From Psilocybe cubensis (taxonomy: Eukaryota): a stretch of 64,000 nt of DNA. The translations under genes were made by a program, and so were the position numbers. Location of the stretch: NCBI GenBank assembly GCA_017499595.2, contig CM039009.1:558001-622000 (forward strand), read 5' to 3'. The notes below the pieces were generated by a model. It was not told the origin of the DNA. It worked only from the letters and a program-made list of their open reading frames with translations, and did not search any database. This document shows, piece by piece, positions 12,356 to 25,600 of this stretch. Within the stretch, counting starts at the first letter, position 1; every line of letters starts with the position of its first letter.

Positions 12356-12982
12356 ATGCAGAGCAAGGACAGGAGTCCGGAGACTGAGATAAGTCTCCTG
12401 GGTTGCATTCGGCCGCATGCAACAAAAACATTCAAGGTACATTTTCCATATCATATCATAAGTTCGAAAGTCATTGATGCCTTCTACTACTACTGACACA
12501 CTCTAACAATGTGTCAATCATTTTGACTGAACAGTAATACTACAGGTTGAACTGGTGGTAGAGCAGCGTGTAAGTCAGACATCTCAGAAATTTAAGGACT
12601 GAGTACTGACGTCCCTCTACAGAACCCTAGCCCACTTTCCGGAAGCGGACTGTTTGCGTGAGCTCGCAAATATCAGATCTAATTAGACGATACATAGTGG
12701 AGGTCGGTATCTTTTCCAAGACGAAGAGGATGTGATCGGAGAACTTACAGATGAAAAAAATGTCAAAGTACGAGACGACCGTTCTCCATCGGACTCAGTA
12801 TTTAGAAACTCGTCAAACATGGATCCGTAGTGACTCGAATATATTTTAACGAACATACATCTGTAGCCCCAAGTGGCTGCAGTACTGACTTTCGGTTGCG
12901 GCGTACGTCATTTGGCCACCGTAAAGCTTAATCCGGTTTCATTGGTGTCCTTTAGGAAAATTCGGAAGTTTGGATTTGGTAG
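12356..12982 (+). CDS. Possible small multi-exon orphan protein (about 90 aa)
   Basis: A chain of GT..AG introns joins MQSKDRSPETEISLLGCIRPHATKTFK / VELVVEQR / NPSPLSGSGLFA / GGRYLFQDEEDVIGELTDEKNVK / PQVAAVLTFGCG / ENSEVWIW* in frame. No recognisable homology. Confidence 0.3.
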
Positions 12983-13701
12983 AAGGCATATTTTGGGATA
13001 AGGAACGCCTCGGTTGCTTAAGAGACCCCCAGTGGCTACATTGGCATCTATTGGCATCAATGACCATGGATTTACCGTGAATGTGTGCTACAAGCATATG
13101 AATTCGTATGTATGCCAGAAACGACAAATTGGATAATCCAAGGGGTTAAAAACGGAGACCAGCGGAGACCTTCCGACTCAAAAGTTCTGAGTCGGCTGGA
13201 CTACTGTTATGCACTAAGGGGTGGGGCTGGGACGCCATCGATATCTATGGCACACGATAAAGTACCACTCCAACTTCAATAGCATTTGCAGCAAGGCGTC
13301 ATTGATAGACCGCATTATTAGCATTGTCGTGCCGCTGTAGAATTTCGTTCATATTTATGAACAAGACCGCTCCGCAGAAATATGAATGATAAAGCGACGT
13401 TGAATTGGAAGTCGAAAACAAAAACATCAGTCGTGAAAATTATACAATAATTGGTTGACGGTACAATACTTCGTAAATAATGGCAGTTATCGTAAAATGA
13501 TACATTCCGTGAGAGGCGGAGGAGTCGAGAGATGCGATTAGTTGCAAGATCAGTCGGATATATGAATGTGTGTAATGCTGAACAACGAGATAGTCCGGTG
13601 TCTGGTGAAAGGCTAGAGTCGTCGAAATGAAATAGGGAATCCAAGATATATGATGGCGGGTAGTGGCAGGGTAAGTCAAGTGGTCGGGAGTGCCTGATTA
13701 T

Positions 13702-15877
13702 TCAGAGCATATCTCCATTGCGTAAGTGTTGGCGCAAGATAGCCTCGCGAACACCAGTCAGGAGGACCGTCATGGCTTTGATGTCCTGTAGATAGTTCCG
13801 GTCAGTAGTCCTCTCGGCGTAGCTCAGGGGTAATCACTGACAATGGCCGATGTCTCATGACATATGAAAGGACGTGCGTCGGGGGAGAATCTCTTCTGAA
13901 TTATAGGGACATACATCAGCTAAAAGCACTGTGAATGCACGGCAATGACTCACATGGGAGAAACGGAACTTCTCTTTGAAGTCTAAGTTTCTCATAATTA
14001 GAGGCCCGTCATGATGTCATTTGCTATATAGCAAGACTTACATTTGGTGACGTGGGGAACATCATTAGGAAGGTCGCCGTACGTCGGTACAAATTTCTTT
14101 ACTTTGACACCGGCTGCAAGAGTGGCAGCGAGAACATCTCTCTGAAACGACAGTGAGAAATAATTGATTAGAGCAGGTTGAATCCTCAGCTCACCTTATT
14201 AAAGAAGAGTATCAAATTGGCGTTCTGCAACAACCGGTTACTGCAGATATCCTTCCATAGCCATAAGCTGTCCTCCTAGATATGTATGAGCTCCCCATCG
14301 AAAGGAAATAGTATCGGTTCACACGTACCAGCCTGTTGACTCTGCGGTCCTCATCAAGCATTTGGTTAAATGCAAGAGGGGCAAGAAATAGAATAGCTTG
14401 GACTGTAAATTATCAAAATTAAGATTTCATTCAGCACATATCACTTTTCATGGGAACTTACCGTCGTCAAAGAAAGGTGCCCAAGATGCCCGCTAACCGA
14501 CCGTGAGTTCAGAGAGCAGATGTAAGAAACCATAACTCCTACCTGACTCCGTGATCCTCCAACGTCAGTGATATAAAAGTCCGAATTCAGACCACCAGCT
14601 GCGTTCCACACATGGGTCAATCGTTAGATATGATGTTCATGGAAAGGCGACTTACGATTCTCAGCAACAAATCGATACTCTTCAATGCCAGTTGTGCGTA
14701 GTCGTGCTCGGATAATATCACCTACATCTCTGTAAGAAAAAAAATACACGAAGCGGCGGAGAACTCACGATCGGTTGGAACGTAATCAGGAGTGATGATT
14801 CTTGCGATATCGTCCATGAAACTGTGTGTAACGTAATGGGCATGAGAGATTTTTGCGAAACAAGGGCACTCACAATCCTGGTTGGTCACGGAAAAGTGGG
14901 CGCCTTCTGTGTAAAATTTCCTGCGTCTCTGGGTTCTGCCATAATGAGATTATATCATCCCGTTGGCCCAGGAGCACCGAGGATGGGTCGTTTTCTTGTC
15001 CCAACAAAGCTTGAGATCGCCTTCGCGTAGAGTGATGGTCACCTGAAGCAAAGGGATCCCGTCTAGCTTTGAGCAACGCTTTCCATCCATTCCCCGCGCG
15101 CACCGACATGTCCCGTGAGTCAGTGGATTCGGGAGATAAAATTTTCAAGAGATTTGTCTCAATGAAAAAAAGGGGAGAAAGACCGAGGGTCATTCTTCTG
15201 AGAGTCCGCAAAGGTGAATTAGGCGAAATGTCAATAGGTGTCGTCACCTGGCCATTGGGTTCGTACTCTTCCCGCAGAGCTTCAAGAATGGTTTTTATCG
15301 AGCTGATTCTCAAGTTTACTGGAATGTTATCAACACTACGGTAGCAGCTGACTCACCCAATAATATTAAGTTGAATAACAATTTTCCAAATGGGTCGTTC
15401 ACTTTCAAAATGCCTTGGAGCAAAAGCCAATTGAAAATCTGAGGATAGGAGATGGAAATAAGCGATATCGAATCGATGTCATGTTAATAGATTGCACTGA
15501 CTCTTCAAGACGGAACTCTGTTCGTCGATAAATCATTCATTAGCCATTAATTGGAATTATGTAGTAAATACGGACCTTTCCAGACTCCGATTGACCTGTT
15601 GACTATCAGGACATGAATGGACCACCTGAAAGCATGATCGCGCACCTAGTAGCAATATTTTAACACCTTTCCTTCGTCTTTCCATGTCCCTTTTACTCTC
15701 CTGCAGCATGATGTCTATCCCTCTAGAAACATTAATGGCATCTTGCATAGCTTGAAGCCGTAGCCTTGCTTCTTCTTCAGTTTCCGAGTCGGTAGCGCCA
15801 GACCATCGTGCAACTGAATATGGGTTTAAGGGAGGGAATGTAGGACTAGGACTGGATTTCTCCTTTGACCGTTTCAT
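13702..15877 (-). CDS. Heterotrimeric G-protein alpha subunit, atypical
   Basis: VKILLLG|QSESGK|SSVLK (G1), DIIRARLRTTGIEE (G2), ITDVGGSRSQ (G3), WAPFFDD, LILFFNK|RD (G4), HETSAI|D (G5), C-terminus ..LRNGDML*. Confidence 0.88.
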
Positions 15878-16717
15878 AGCGGGAAACGAGATGCGGAGAC
15901 CTCAACTAGAGAAGAGGCCTGTATAATGCGATGTGTTATTTGTAGAAAGGGAAAGACACTCGACATGTAATGGCACGAACCTCAGGATATATGTGCAATG
16001 TACATGATCCAAATGGACAAAAATCCGGTCGCGACGTGCCACTCTCCAAAAATGTTAAAGGTTCCGAGAACCGGCCCCACATCATCGGTTCCTCTCGGCC
16101 ATCTGAACTTACGGAAACAAGTGTCGCATGGTGTTCAAATTTTAAATTTGGTCCGTCCCATCAGTGGACCCCCTTTTACATCGGGACGTCTTCATCAGGA
16201 CCAAATCAAAGACCCGGAAGCGGCTACTTGTTGACCTTAACTTGACTAGCCAGAGTTCACAAGGGACGTGCATTAGTGTACGTGGATGATCTGATACGAC
16301 CGTACAGCAAACACACTTCATACCTGGTATGAAGAAGCGGAGCAATAGGAACATGGATATCACCTTTCACTAATTGCAAGCTACTTGGGTCTAACGTCTG
16401 CATGTTAGTGCGTCTTCACCAGATGACAGAAACCCTACAATTACGATGTTGAACGCAAAAGTTGAACAAACGGCCATTTATCAGGTCAAAGACTAGTCTC
16501 ATTCCTACCTCGTCCCTGAACGGCGTTCTCAGCAATATCCTGTTGGCTCGTTCGACAGGCAATCACCGCAGCGTTCCGTAAGGGCTCTGCCTGTTATTAC
16601 CAACAATTAAAGAGCACATATTGAAAATCTGATTTATTCGCTTTCATGGGGCTTACAATGCGTAGTTTGGTTAATAACCTTACAAACTACTGTTGTCTTG
16701 GCCGACTGATCCGCCCT

Positions 16718-18032
16718 TCAAGCATTTATGGATGTAGGTCCGCGTAGCAAGGACTGTGGGAGCATCATTCCGATCTACAAGAGATTAATCATTAAGAACC
16801 TAAACGCCTAAGGGCCTAACGAGGACTCACTACATAGTTGGGCATGTCGACCTAAATTGAAGGAGGACCATCAATGCAGCTGTTTCTCATGATAGAAAGA
16901 CCAGGAAACTCACAACTTCATGCATTCTCAGATCCCCGGCAACACTGCACAACATGTACGCTGCCACACGGTCCATCTGAAACTCTGCCTCAAGAACGTT
17001 AATCATATTACGAACGGCTGATCGCGTCGCTTCCCGAATGTCAGAGTCTATCCCTGTTGTGCCATAGTGTTCCTCATTGTTGACATTTGGCCGAACGGTG
17101 TGGAAATGAGGCGTCTTCGTGAACGGGCGATCTTTGCGCACAGTCAAGCGCACAGTCACCTCCATAGGAGTTTCTATCGCAGTCCCTTAAACAGATTAAA
17201 TATGTTCAGAAAAAGTTAAATCAGCTTTAAGACCAAAAACTTACCACAAACCTCTAAGATTAGACGGTAGAAAACGTTATAAATTTTTTCAATTGTATTC
17301 GTCTTAGAATAGCCCACCTCCGTCCCCTTGAGCAGCATGCCCATCCTAGACATATATACGATTTAGTGAATTAAAACTTTAGTCACACTAATTGTACTCA
17401 CGCCAATAGAGAATAATGCGCCTTCGACCTCGATTGGCAGGTATAACGTGGAGCCGACACCAAGTTGCCTGGTGTCAAGGTTACCCCCTGTATTGTACGG
17501 CGGGATCGTTGAAAATGCGCCGTTCTTTCCTGGTGCGACACCCATCTCACCAGGGAACGGACGAAGCGGAATCTTTATCCCACGCTCTTTATCAAACCAC
17601 GCAAATCCAGCCTCCTTGTCCAGTGCCCAAATCTTTAATGCAGGTTCAGGAAATTCGTCACTCAACAGGCCAAACCCTGGAATCAAGCCTGTCCACCCCC
17701 AGTCGGCTGTCTCCACCGATATGACATCGACTTGCAAGGTGTCTCCTGGCAAGGCACCGTTGACATAAACAGGTCCACTGACTTGATCCAATTGTCCGAA
17801 TACAAGTGACGATAATGTCGCCACTGTCGATTCTTTCGTGATCTGTCCGTTTGACGCATCTAAACACGAAAATGAAACAGTGTCTCCGGATTCAATTCTT
17901 ATTACTGGAGGGATGCTTCAACGATGTCAGGTTACGAGAGTCACATTGCCTGGAGCTCTGTTACAAATTAGCTGACCTATTGTCCCAGGCCAAATGGGTA
18001 TGAGATCGATTGACACTGTGGATTGAGGACAT
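16718..18032 (-). CDS. Acetamidase/formamidase family protein
   Basis: MSSIHSVNRSHTHLAWDN.., SFSCLDASNGQI, GPVYVNGALPGDTL, PFPGEMGVAP, GGNLD, LYLPIEVEGALFSIG|DGHAAQGDGE|VCG|TAIET, AYMLCSVAGDL, VDMPNY. Confidence 0.9.
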
Positions 18033-18160
18033 GCCGGAGTAACTTCAAAGTTGGGGGTACAGAAAAACGATCCGAACACGGGCGTTTGAGAATGAGAATG
18101 CTTTATATCTTATATTACCACCCGCAGTATATGTATCCTTATGGGATGATCTTCTGAATT

Positions 18161-21100
18161 TCAATAAGAGATAGATGACCAATCGATACATTCTCTTGAC
18201 TTTGAGCCGGATTTCCTGATATCAGAAAGATGGCGCATCGTGGGCCGCCCGTGAGGACAGTTCCAAGGTTGGTCCATGGTTCCCATATGTCGTATCACCT
18301 GATAAGATTAAGAACAAAGAATAGAGCCTCCAATAAGACAGAAACTCACGCTCGTCATTTGATGATGGTTCAAAGGCATTCCAACCATAACACTCTTTCG
18401 ACAAGCTCTCGAAGCAAACATGGCACGAGCTTTTGAACACCGGACCATCTGCCCTGTGGGTCGATCGCGCATCAAATGAATCACTTCTTCCAAGTCTGTT
18501 TCAAAGACAAAAAGTCTGTCAAAAAATATATAGGCATTTGACATATGTGACCAGTGTGTACCTTTCATGTCAAATACCGTGCTCTTGCTGACTGGTTGAG
18601 CAACAAGCTTCAAACGACTGCCTTGGCCCACGGGGTTATCCTCTTCGACATCGACCTCGAAACCATTCTGTCGAAGAACCTCGATGTTATCTAAAGCCAG
18701 TATTTCATCGGAAGCTGTGAGCTCCAACGGCCTTGGCCTGTCATACAAATTAGTAAATTTGGGAATATGCGTGATCACACGGAAATACAGTTAACCTTAG
18801 AAGTTTTTGTGATTGAATCTTTGTCGTAGATTGCAGATCTTCAAAATTGAATTTTTCATCGGCAGCATGTTGGTCAACAATGAACAGATCGTCCAACATA
18901 GTCTCCGTCTGATCAGCGGTTTGCTGAGACCCGCCACTCATGGTTGACTGTTTTTGTCTTCGAACGATGATAAAGCCAAGGTTAAACTGGCCGATGATGT
19001 CCATAGTCGCGAAATCCTGCTTCTCGATCACCCGAGCAAGCGCGTCCGCTGCTTTCGCGTCGTCGTCGGTATTCGTGATTCCGGCATCGGCGGGGACGCT
19101 AGTGGGCACAGCTTCATTTCCAACGTCATTCGAGGGTGTTTCTTCAGGCTGATCTAGCTCAAGCTTACGAGACCACACTCGTTTGATCTTGTCAACGTTA
19201 ATCTTCATGTATATATCGCGCCCGTAATTTTCGGTTTTGATAACTTCAGGATGTGGCGGCATATCTTTGGTCGAAATATTCGATGGCGTGCTTGAAGTGG
19301 TTTGAAGAACTTGAGTAAGGACAGACATCGAGTTCTCATCGTCGTGGGCATCCTCATCTGCATGTTCGTCTTCCTCTCCGTCGATCGTGAGGTCGATCAG
19401 TTGGTTATCAGCGGCAACCCTATTTGAAGAAACTTTTCCTTTTAAAACCGGATTGGCGGTGCCAATGTGTATAGCCATATGCGAAACGCCCTCTTCACTG
19501 TTGTGGTCATCGTTCTCTAACTCGTCAATTTCGTCCACTGATTTCGAAGATTCATCATTTTCATCGATTTGTTCAACCTCGTCCTCGTCCTCCTGTCTCT
19601 CTGCTTCCTCGTCTATTTCTTCAGGTGATGGCGCGGTAGCGACTTGAGACGCCGATGAGGATATTCGGCTTCCTGTCCGAGCAAATCCAGCCAGCTGACT
19701 GAGCAACATCTGACTAGCGCTCACACCCGGCTTTCTCGCAGACCCAGAGATTCTATTCTTAGACCCCGCTTTGTAGCCGCCCCTGCCCCCTTTGTTCGCG
19801 GTAGAAGAACCAGCGCGATGATCATCATCACCGCCTGGAGTATTTTGTTTTTCCTCGATCTCAGTCCGGTGCTCGTCTTCCTCCTCGTCATTCACTGACT
19901 CAGCCCGAATGCTGGTGATTGGCCCTCTGTCGGACTTTCTCTTCTTACGTGCGCGTGTTGATCCGGAATCAAATCCGTCGTCCGAATCAATCGTCGGCTC
20001 TTCGATGGTGATGTGCTGTGCCTTGGAAGGTGGAGTCGGAGGGGACGAACTGGGAAGAGGTCGGTCTACACCAGTGAACGGCAAATTATCGTGAAGGGGG
20101 TCTGAATCTGCTTGATCTGGTCCAGGAGGTGGGGATAGTGTAGTCGAACGAGTGGTTGAAATACCCATTTGGCGACCCCATTTCGTCTGGGAACTGTCAA
20201 TGATTACCGGTTCATCGTCGACGTCCATGGAGTCGTCGGGTGTGTTTTGAGAACGAGTTGTGACAAGGTTATCGACTTCAGGGGTTGTGCGTGAGGCGCC
20301 TTCTCGAGCTGGAGAAGCTGGTCCACTCGAATTTTGGGAGTCATCGCGTTCATTAGACAAGTCTTTGCCCTCGGATCTCTCAAGGATTGGTTTCCCTTGC
20401 CGGGCAGATTGAGCGAGTAAGGTCTGTATCGACTTTGCCGATGGCCCTTGTGTGGAGCCTCCGCCAACTGTGTAAGTCGATCTGCCAGAAGAATAGCATT
20501 CTTCCAGCGCAGCCTACCAGATAGTTTATCAGCATTCATGCCATTGGATAGCACAGTTCGCTCACTTTCAACGCTGTAATTAGGTTGCCTTCGCTGTGTA
20601 AAAGGATGGTCCGCTTATCTGGGCTGACGTTGACATCGTACGAATCTGAATTAGGACATCAAATTAGGAGAGAGTTTAACGAGAACCAAAGAATAAACTA
20701 ACCAGTCGGTATAACAAAGTTAGCAAGAATAAAGGGGTTCTGAGTTGCATTAAAAGATCGGTACACTTCATTGAATGCCTTTTGAACCTTGATATTCATT
20801 AGAACCAATAGGAAAAGAGGCAATGGCTAGTGCATTACTTTGTTCATGTTGCATGGACGACCGTTTATGTAGAAGAATTGTCTGTCTGTCCCTGTACGCC
20901 CACACCCAAGTGCAAAGTTGGAAATCAACCCTTGAACCCGTACTGGAATGGGTTCAGCGTCCAATGCCTGACTTTACGAGTGTTAGTCCCTTGAAAAAAA
21001 AAGTGAATGAGAAAATAGCGCACCTATGAAGTCGTTTCACGCTGGCTCTCTCTCGCTCTACTTCGAAATCAAGATTCAGATCTACAATATTATCCAATGC

Positions 21101-21999
21101 TCGTGGACCCCATAGTGCAATAACGGATGCACGGCGAGACGCTTCTCCTAGCGTACGGATCTGAACAGATTTTGATCTTCCGTTTGATTCAGTGTGTTCC
21201 TGCATATACATCAAAAGCTAACATACCCTTTGTCTGGTTGATTGCTCACTGTCAGCCGAATGCCAGGAGATTCTGCGCATGGGCCCAGTGCATATGCATT
21301 CAGGAGCGACAGAGCTTTCCCAAACTCTCGCTTAACATTCCGTTCGAATTCTTTCCTTCGAACAGGTAATGGCTTGAATAGATTGGTCATAGATATAGTT
21401 GTACCTTGCTATCTGACATATGTAAGGTGAAGCACAGTAGCAAAAATGAATACTCACAGTTCTCGCAACCTTGCTCTTTGCTTTCACTCTGCCGCCATTA
21501 TCCATTGTTAACGTTACACCCCGCGGCGCGGTCGTCGGAGTCGCTGTACAGACTGTCATTTCTTCGCTCAGGGCGCATAACGATGAAAGTGCTTCTCCCC
21601 GAAAACCAAAGGTACGGACGGTTGTCAGATCGGAGAATGTTTCGAGCTTGGAGGTGTGGTGCTTGAGAGCTATAATGAAATATAAACGAACCGACGCGTT
21701 TTTCGCGTAAATTTCGTACCTATACTGTCATGGTCCTCTTCCTTTATTCCTGAACCATTGTCTACCACCTCCACTGAAGCCAATCCGTAGTTTTTAAACC
21801 GAATTTCTGGTACTCGAAGTTCAGACAGAGCGACCATGATAGAATCATGGTATATCTCACCAACATTGGTGGATCCAGCATCGATACTGTTTTCAAGTAA
21901 CTCTTTAACTGCAGTTTGAAGATCCACAACAACCTGTCCCGACGTAATGCGATGAATCGATGTCTTGTCAATAGGTTTGATGCCACTAGAGTTAGACAT
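18161..21999 (-). CDS. PMS1: MutL-alpha endonuclease subunit (yeast PMS1 / human PMS2)
   Basis: GHKL ATPase motifs [31 protein letters not shown] and [20 protein letters not shown]; long acidic linker; C-terminal [29 protein letters not shown] and [12 protein letters not shown]. Confidence 0.95.
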
Positions 22000-22698
22000 G
22001 TTGAGATTAAGAGCAAAATGAAAAGATATCAAGAAGATTCAGGGATATTCTCTTAGGTCATGAAATATGTTAAATGCTGAATGAAATTTCCAAAGGTAAA
22101 ATGAAGTGTCCGGGGAATAGTAGTCAATGATTGTGTTACACAAAGTTTTGGTTAGAATGAATTATGAAGTGGCTCTGAAGTTGTTTGTGCGTGTTGATGT
22201 GACAACCTTGTTCGCCTCAACTCTGCATATTTTTTCAACAACTTTTCGCATGCATCTCCATCCTACTACTTATAGTACATTGAGCCCAGTGCTTCGTGCA
22301 ATCGTCCGGAGCTTCACATAGATAAGAGTTTTTCATTTACGATTCTTCGGACCCCTTTGAGACCAGAATCTCCTACTTAGCCTGTATGTATCAATTGCGA
22401 CTTCCTCATCTACGTGATATCTACTCACACTGGTGACCAGTGGTTCTTTGGAGTTCTCAATTCCCAAGCGAATGTAATATGTATTGCAATTCTAATTTTT
22501 GATCCTTTGCCTCCATATCACCTTTCATCGATGCGACTCCGACGCTAGAAGCCTCTAAAGTTATATTAGAGTTGATCTGTCACTCGAGGCGATTAAGCAA
22601 GTTGTAGATCGGGTCCCAGCCTCCCAGGAGGCTGGCAGTGATGTTATAAATGCGCTCATTACGAAACCCGCCAGCTACCCAACTTCTGCTCGCCCACT

Positions 22699-25600
22699 AT
22701 GGAACACGACATCGAGGTTTTCCATAGTTTTTGTCTATGGGCAGTGCTCATTGGCAGCATACTGGCGCTGTTTCTGAAGTCAACTCTGGAGAAAAGAGGT
22801 TTCATTGAACTAAAGGAATCTTCGGTTGTCGGTTCCACTTTGACCAATGACGACTCTAACACTTTTCTTACCGGCATCGTCCAACCAGAAGATACAGAAG
22901 ATGGCATTCCTGTTGACGAAGACGCATTTTGGTCAATGGTATGAGTATACTCCTTGTTCTTTCTTGCCCACAATGAGCTTTACTAATTGCATTCCTCTTA
23001 GGTATCTCGCAAGAAAGTATTTATGATCATAATCCAAACCATGATTTGTTCCCTAGAGGCAACCACAGTCATCTGGTCATTGAAAAACCATGGGCGGGTT
23101 GATCTAGGCCGAGTTCTACCCCATGCAATTTTCCCTCTGTACCTCCTTGGTCTGCAATGTGCATGGCTTATACCTCATAAATCTCGACGCAACCACGCCA
23201 CGTTACACTCGCACATAACTGTACTTGCATTAACAACAACCGTCTTGGATTTTGTGTCCTTTATCCTTAGGAGAAGGCCTGTTGCAATTAATGAAACTCA
23301 TGGAGTGCAGTGGATTATTGCCATGATGTACGTGGTATTGACTGGTGTATCATTTTTAATGCCGAGGGGTCCTGGACTTTACTACCCCCATGAACAAGTC
23401 TATCCCTTGGATCAGAACTCACGGGACAGTTCCGTCGCGGATGAGAAGGTCAACGTATGTCAATCAGAATGTAAGCATCCACATTGTTGTTAGTCTATTA
23501 CCGTGTCTCTGCTGACGTGCGCTACATATTCAGCTTGTTCATTCTGGGGCACGCTCGTTTTTTCATATACCCACTCCGTACTCCAATTAGGGAAGCTTAT
23601 GCGCAACATTGATATTAGCGAACTCCCCGTCCTACCTGCTAGCATGCGAGCACCCCAAAATTTTGTTCGGGCACAACGATTGACGCCCCCAGACGTATCT
23701 GTCAATATCACGTCTCACTTATCCTCAGTCGCTTGCTCTCCAAGTTACGCGTTAGGGCGTCGGATAGTGTCCCTCAACGCCGCCTCGTTTATGTTACAGT
23801 TCACACTGGCTGTACTGACCGCGGTCACGACTTATGGCCCAGCCTGGTTTTTGCAGATGTTTGTCAAATACCTGGAGACTCCGTTCGCGGATAGGGATAT
23901 GCAAAAGGGTTGGGTTTTGGTCGTTGGATTGACCATAGCGAGTGTGACCACCGTTTTAAGTGAGTATATGCTAAGATTTTGCAACAAACTTACTACTAAC
24001 TGTTCGTTTCAGTTTCACAACAGTTGTGGAAAGTCTCGATGAACGACTTAGAAATCCGTATCCGTCTGCAGCTAAATAGCATGCTTTACGCCAAGACGCT
24101 CGTTCGCAAGGACACAACATCAGCGTCAACTACCGATTCTTCGGAGGAACATCAGGTGCCGAAAGGAGCGACCGGTGATGAGTTCTCAAGCAAGACACAA
24201 GTAATGAATTTGATGACCGCGGATGTGGATCGAGTATGCGACTTTTCATGGCACATCTTCACACTTGTTGGTGGGTATCTCATTTCTTTTTTTTTTGGCT
24301 TTTCAATTGTAGGCTAACATGCATGTAGATTCACCTATAGAAATTTTCGTAGGACTTGGGATCCTCTATAACCTTCTTGGTAAGAGGAGCCTTTCCAACA
24401 CAACCCTTCTGTTGGTGCTTACTGATGTTGCAGGGATGTCGAGCGCCATAGGACTTAGTACACTCTTGTTCATCATTCCAATAAACCAACTCACAGGCAG
24501 AACGCTCATTTGTAAGTGTCGCAGCGGTGAAGTTTTAACACAAGGCATATACTAATGTTAAATCGCTGTCAATAGCTACACAAGAAAACCTAATGAAAAC
24601 CAGAGACGAAAGGGTCGGCGTAATGAACGAGGTATGGCAGTCTCTTTATGGATCCCTTCAAAAGATAATCGTTAGTACCATAGATTCTTGGAGGCATTCG
24701 TATGATCAAAGTTTGTGGTGTTATTCACTAATCCATTAAATTAGCTAATGACATGGACGTATACATCTAGTTTATGGCCTGGGAACGCAACTTCAGTAGA
24801 AGAGTGCTGGACATCCGTGAAAAGGAATTAAAATACCAAAAAAGGGCTTTTATTGTTGAGGTGAGCTCTCACACCCCCCCGCCCCCCCATATAATCCGGC
24901 ATTCTTATACTTGCGGTCTTTCAAACAGGTCCTCTGGACCGTACTTTGGTGAGGATAACTCCATTGAGTGTGATCCAAATTACCGATGTGTGCCTAACTC
25001 CACAACAGGAGCGCTTCACCAATCCTCGTCATTTTGGTGACGTTTTACCACTTCACGGTTATCCAAAAGCAGCAATTGACCCCCTCTATCGCATTTCCAT
25101 CGGTATGAGCTCATTTATCTGCGTGTTTTTCGCATGTTGCTGACTTGGTTGTAAATGTGATGTCAGATTATTGGTACGCCGAATGAGATCATCACAGTCC
25201 ACAAATCCTTGTGTTAAATTCAATTCTAGTGTTCTCTACCCTGAAGTTCGCATTGAATAGTTTGCCGGAAACCTTTGCTAAATTAATGCAGGTAATTTCT
25301 CTGACAAATGTTCGTTATTCAATTCACGGACTGACTGCAAACCCCTGTGGTGTCTTTTAGAGCTTGGTTTCCCTGCGTAGGATTGCTACGTACCTTCAGT
25401 CTTCAGAGCGAGATGTCGTACCTGCATATCTCAGTGTCCATGCATCCGCAACTACATCCATCGCTTTCGAAAATTGTACTGTTACATGGCCGAAGCTTGC
25501 GCCTTCAACATCTCCGCTTTTTTCGCTCTCTAAAATTAATGTGGCGTTTCCAGCTGGAAAGCTGACATTGGTCTGCGGCAAAGTTGGCTCAGGCAAAACC

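Noticed and set aside
18900..20500. Long acidic low-complexity insert in PMS1
   Set aside because: MutL-alpha subunits normally have a long, poorly conserved disordered linker here.
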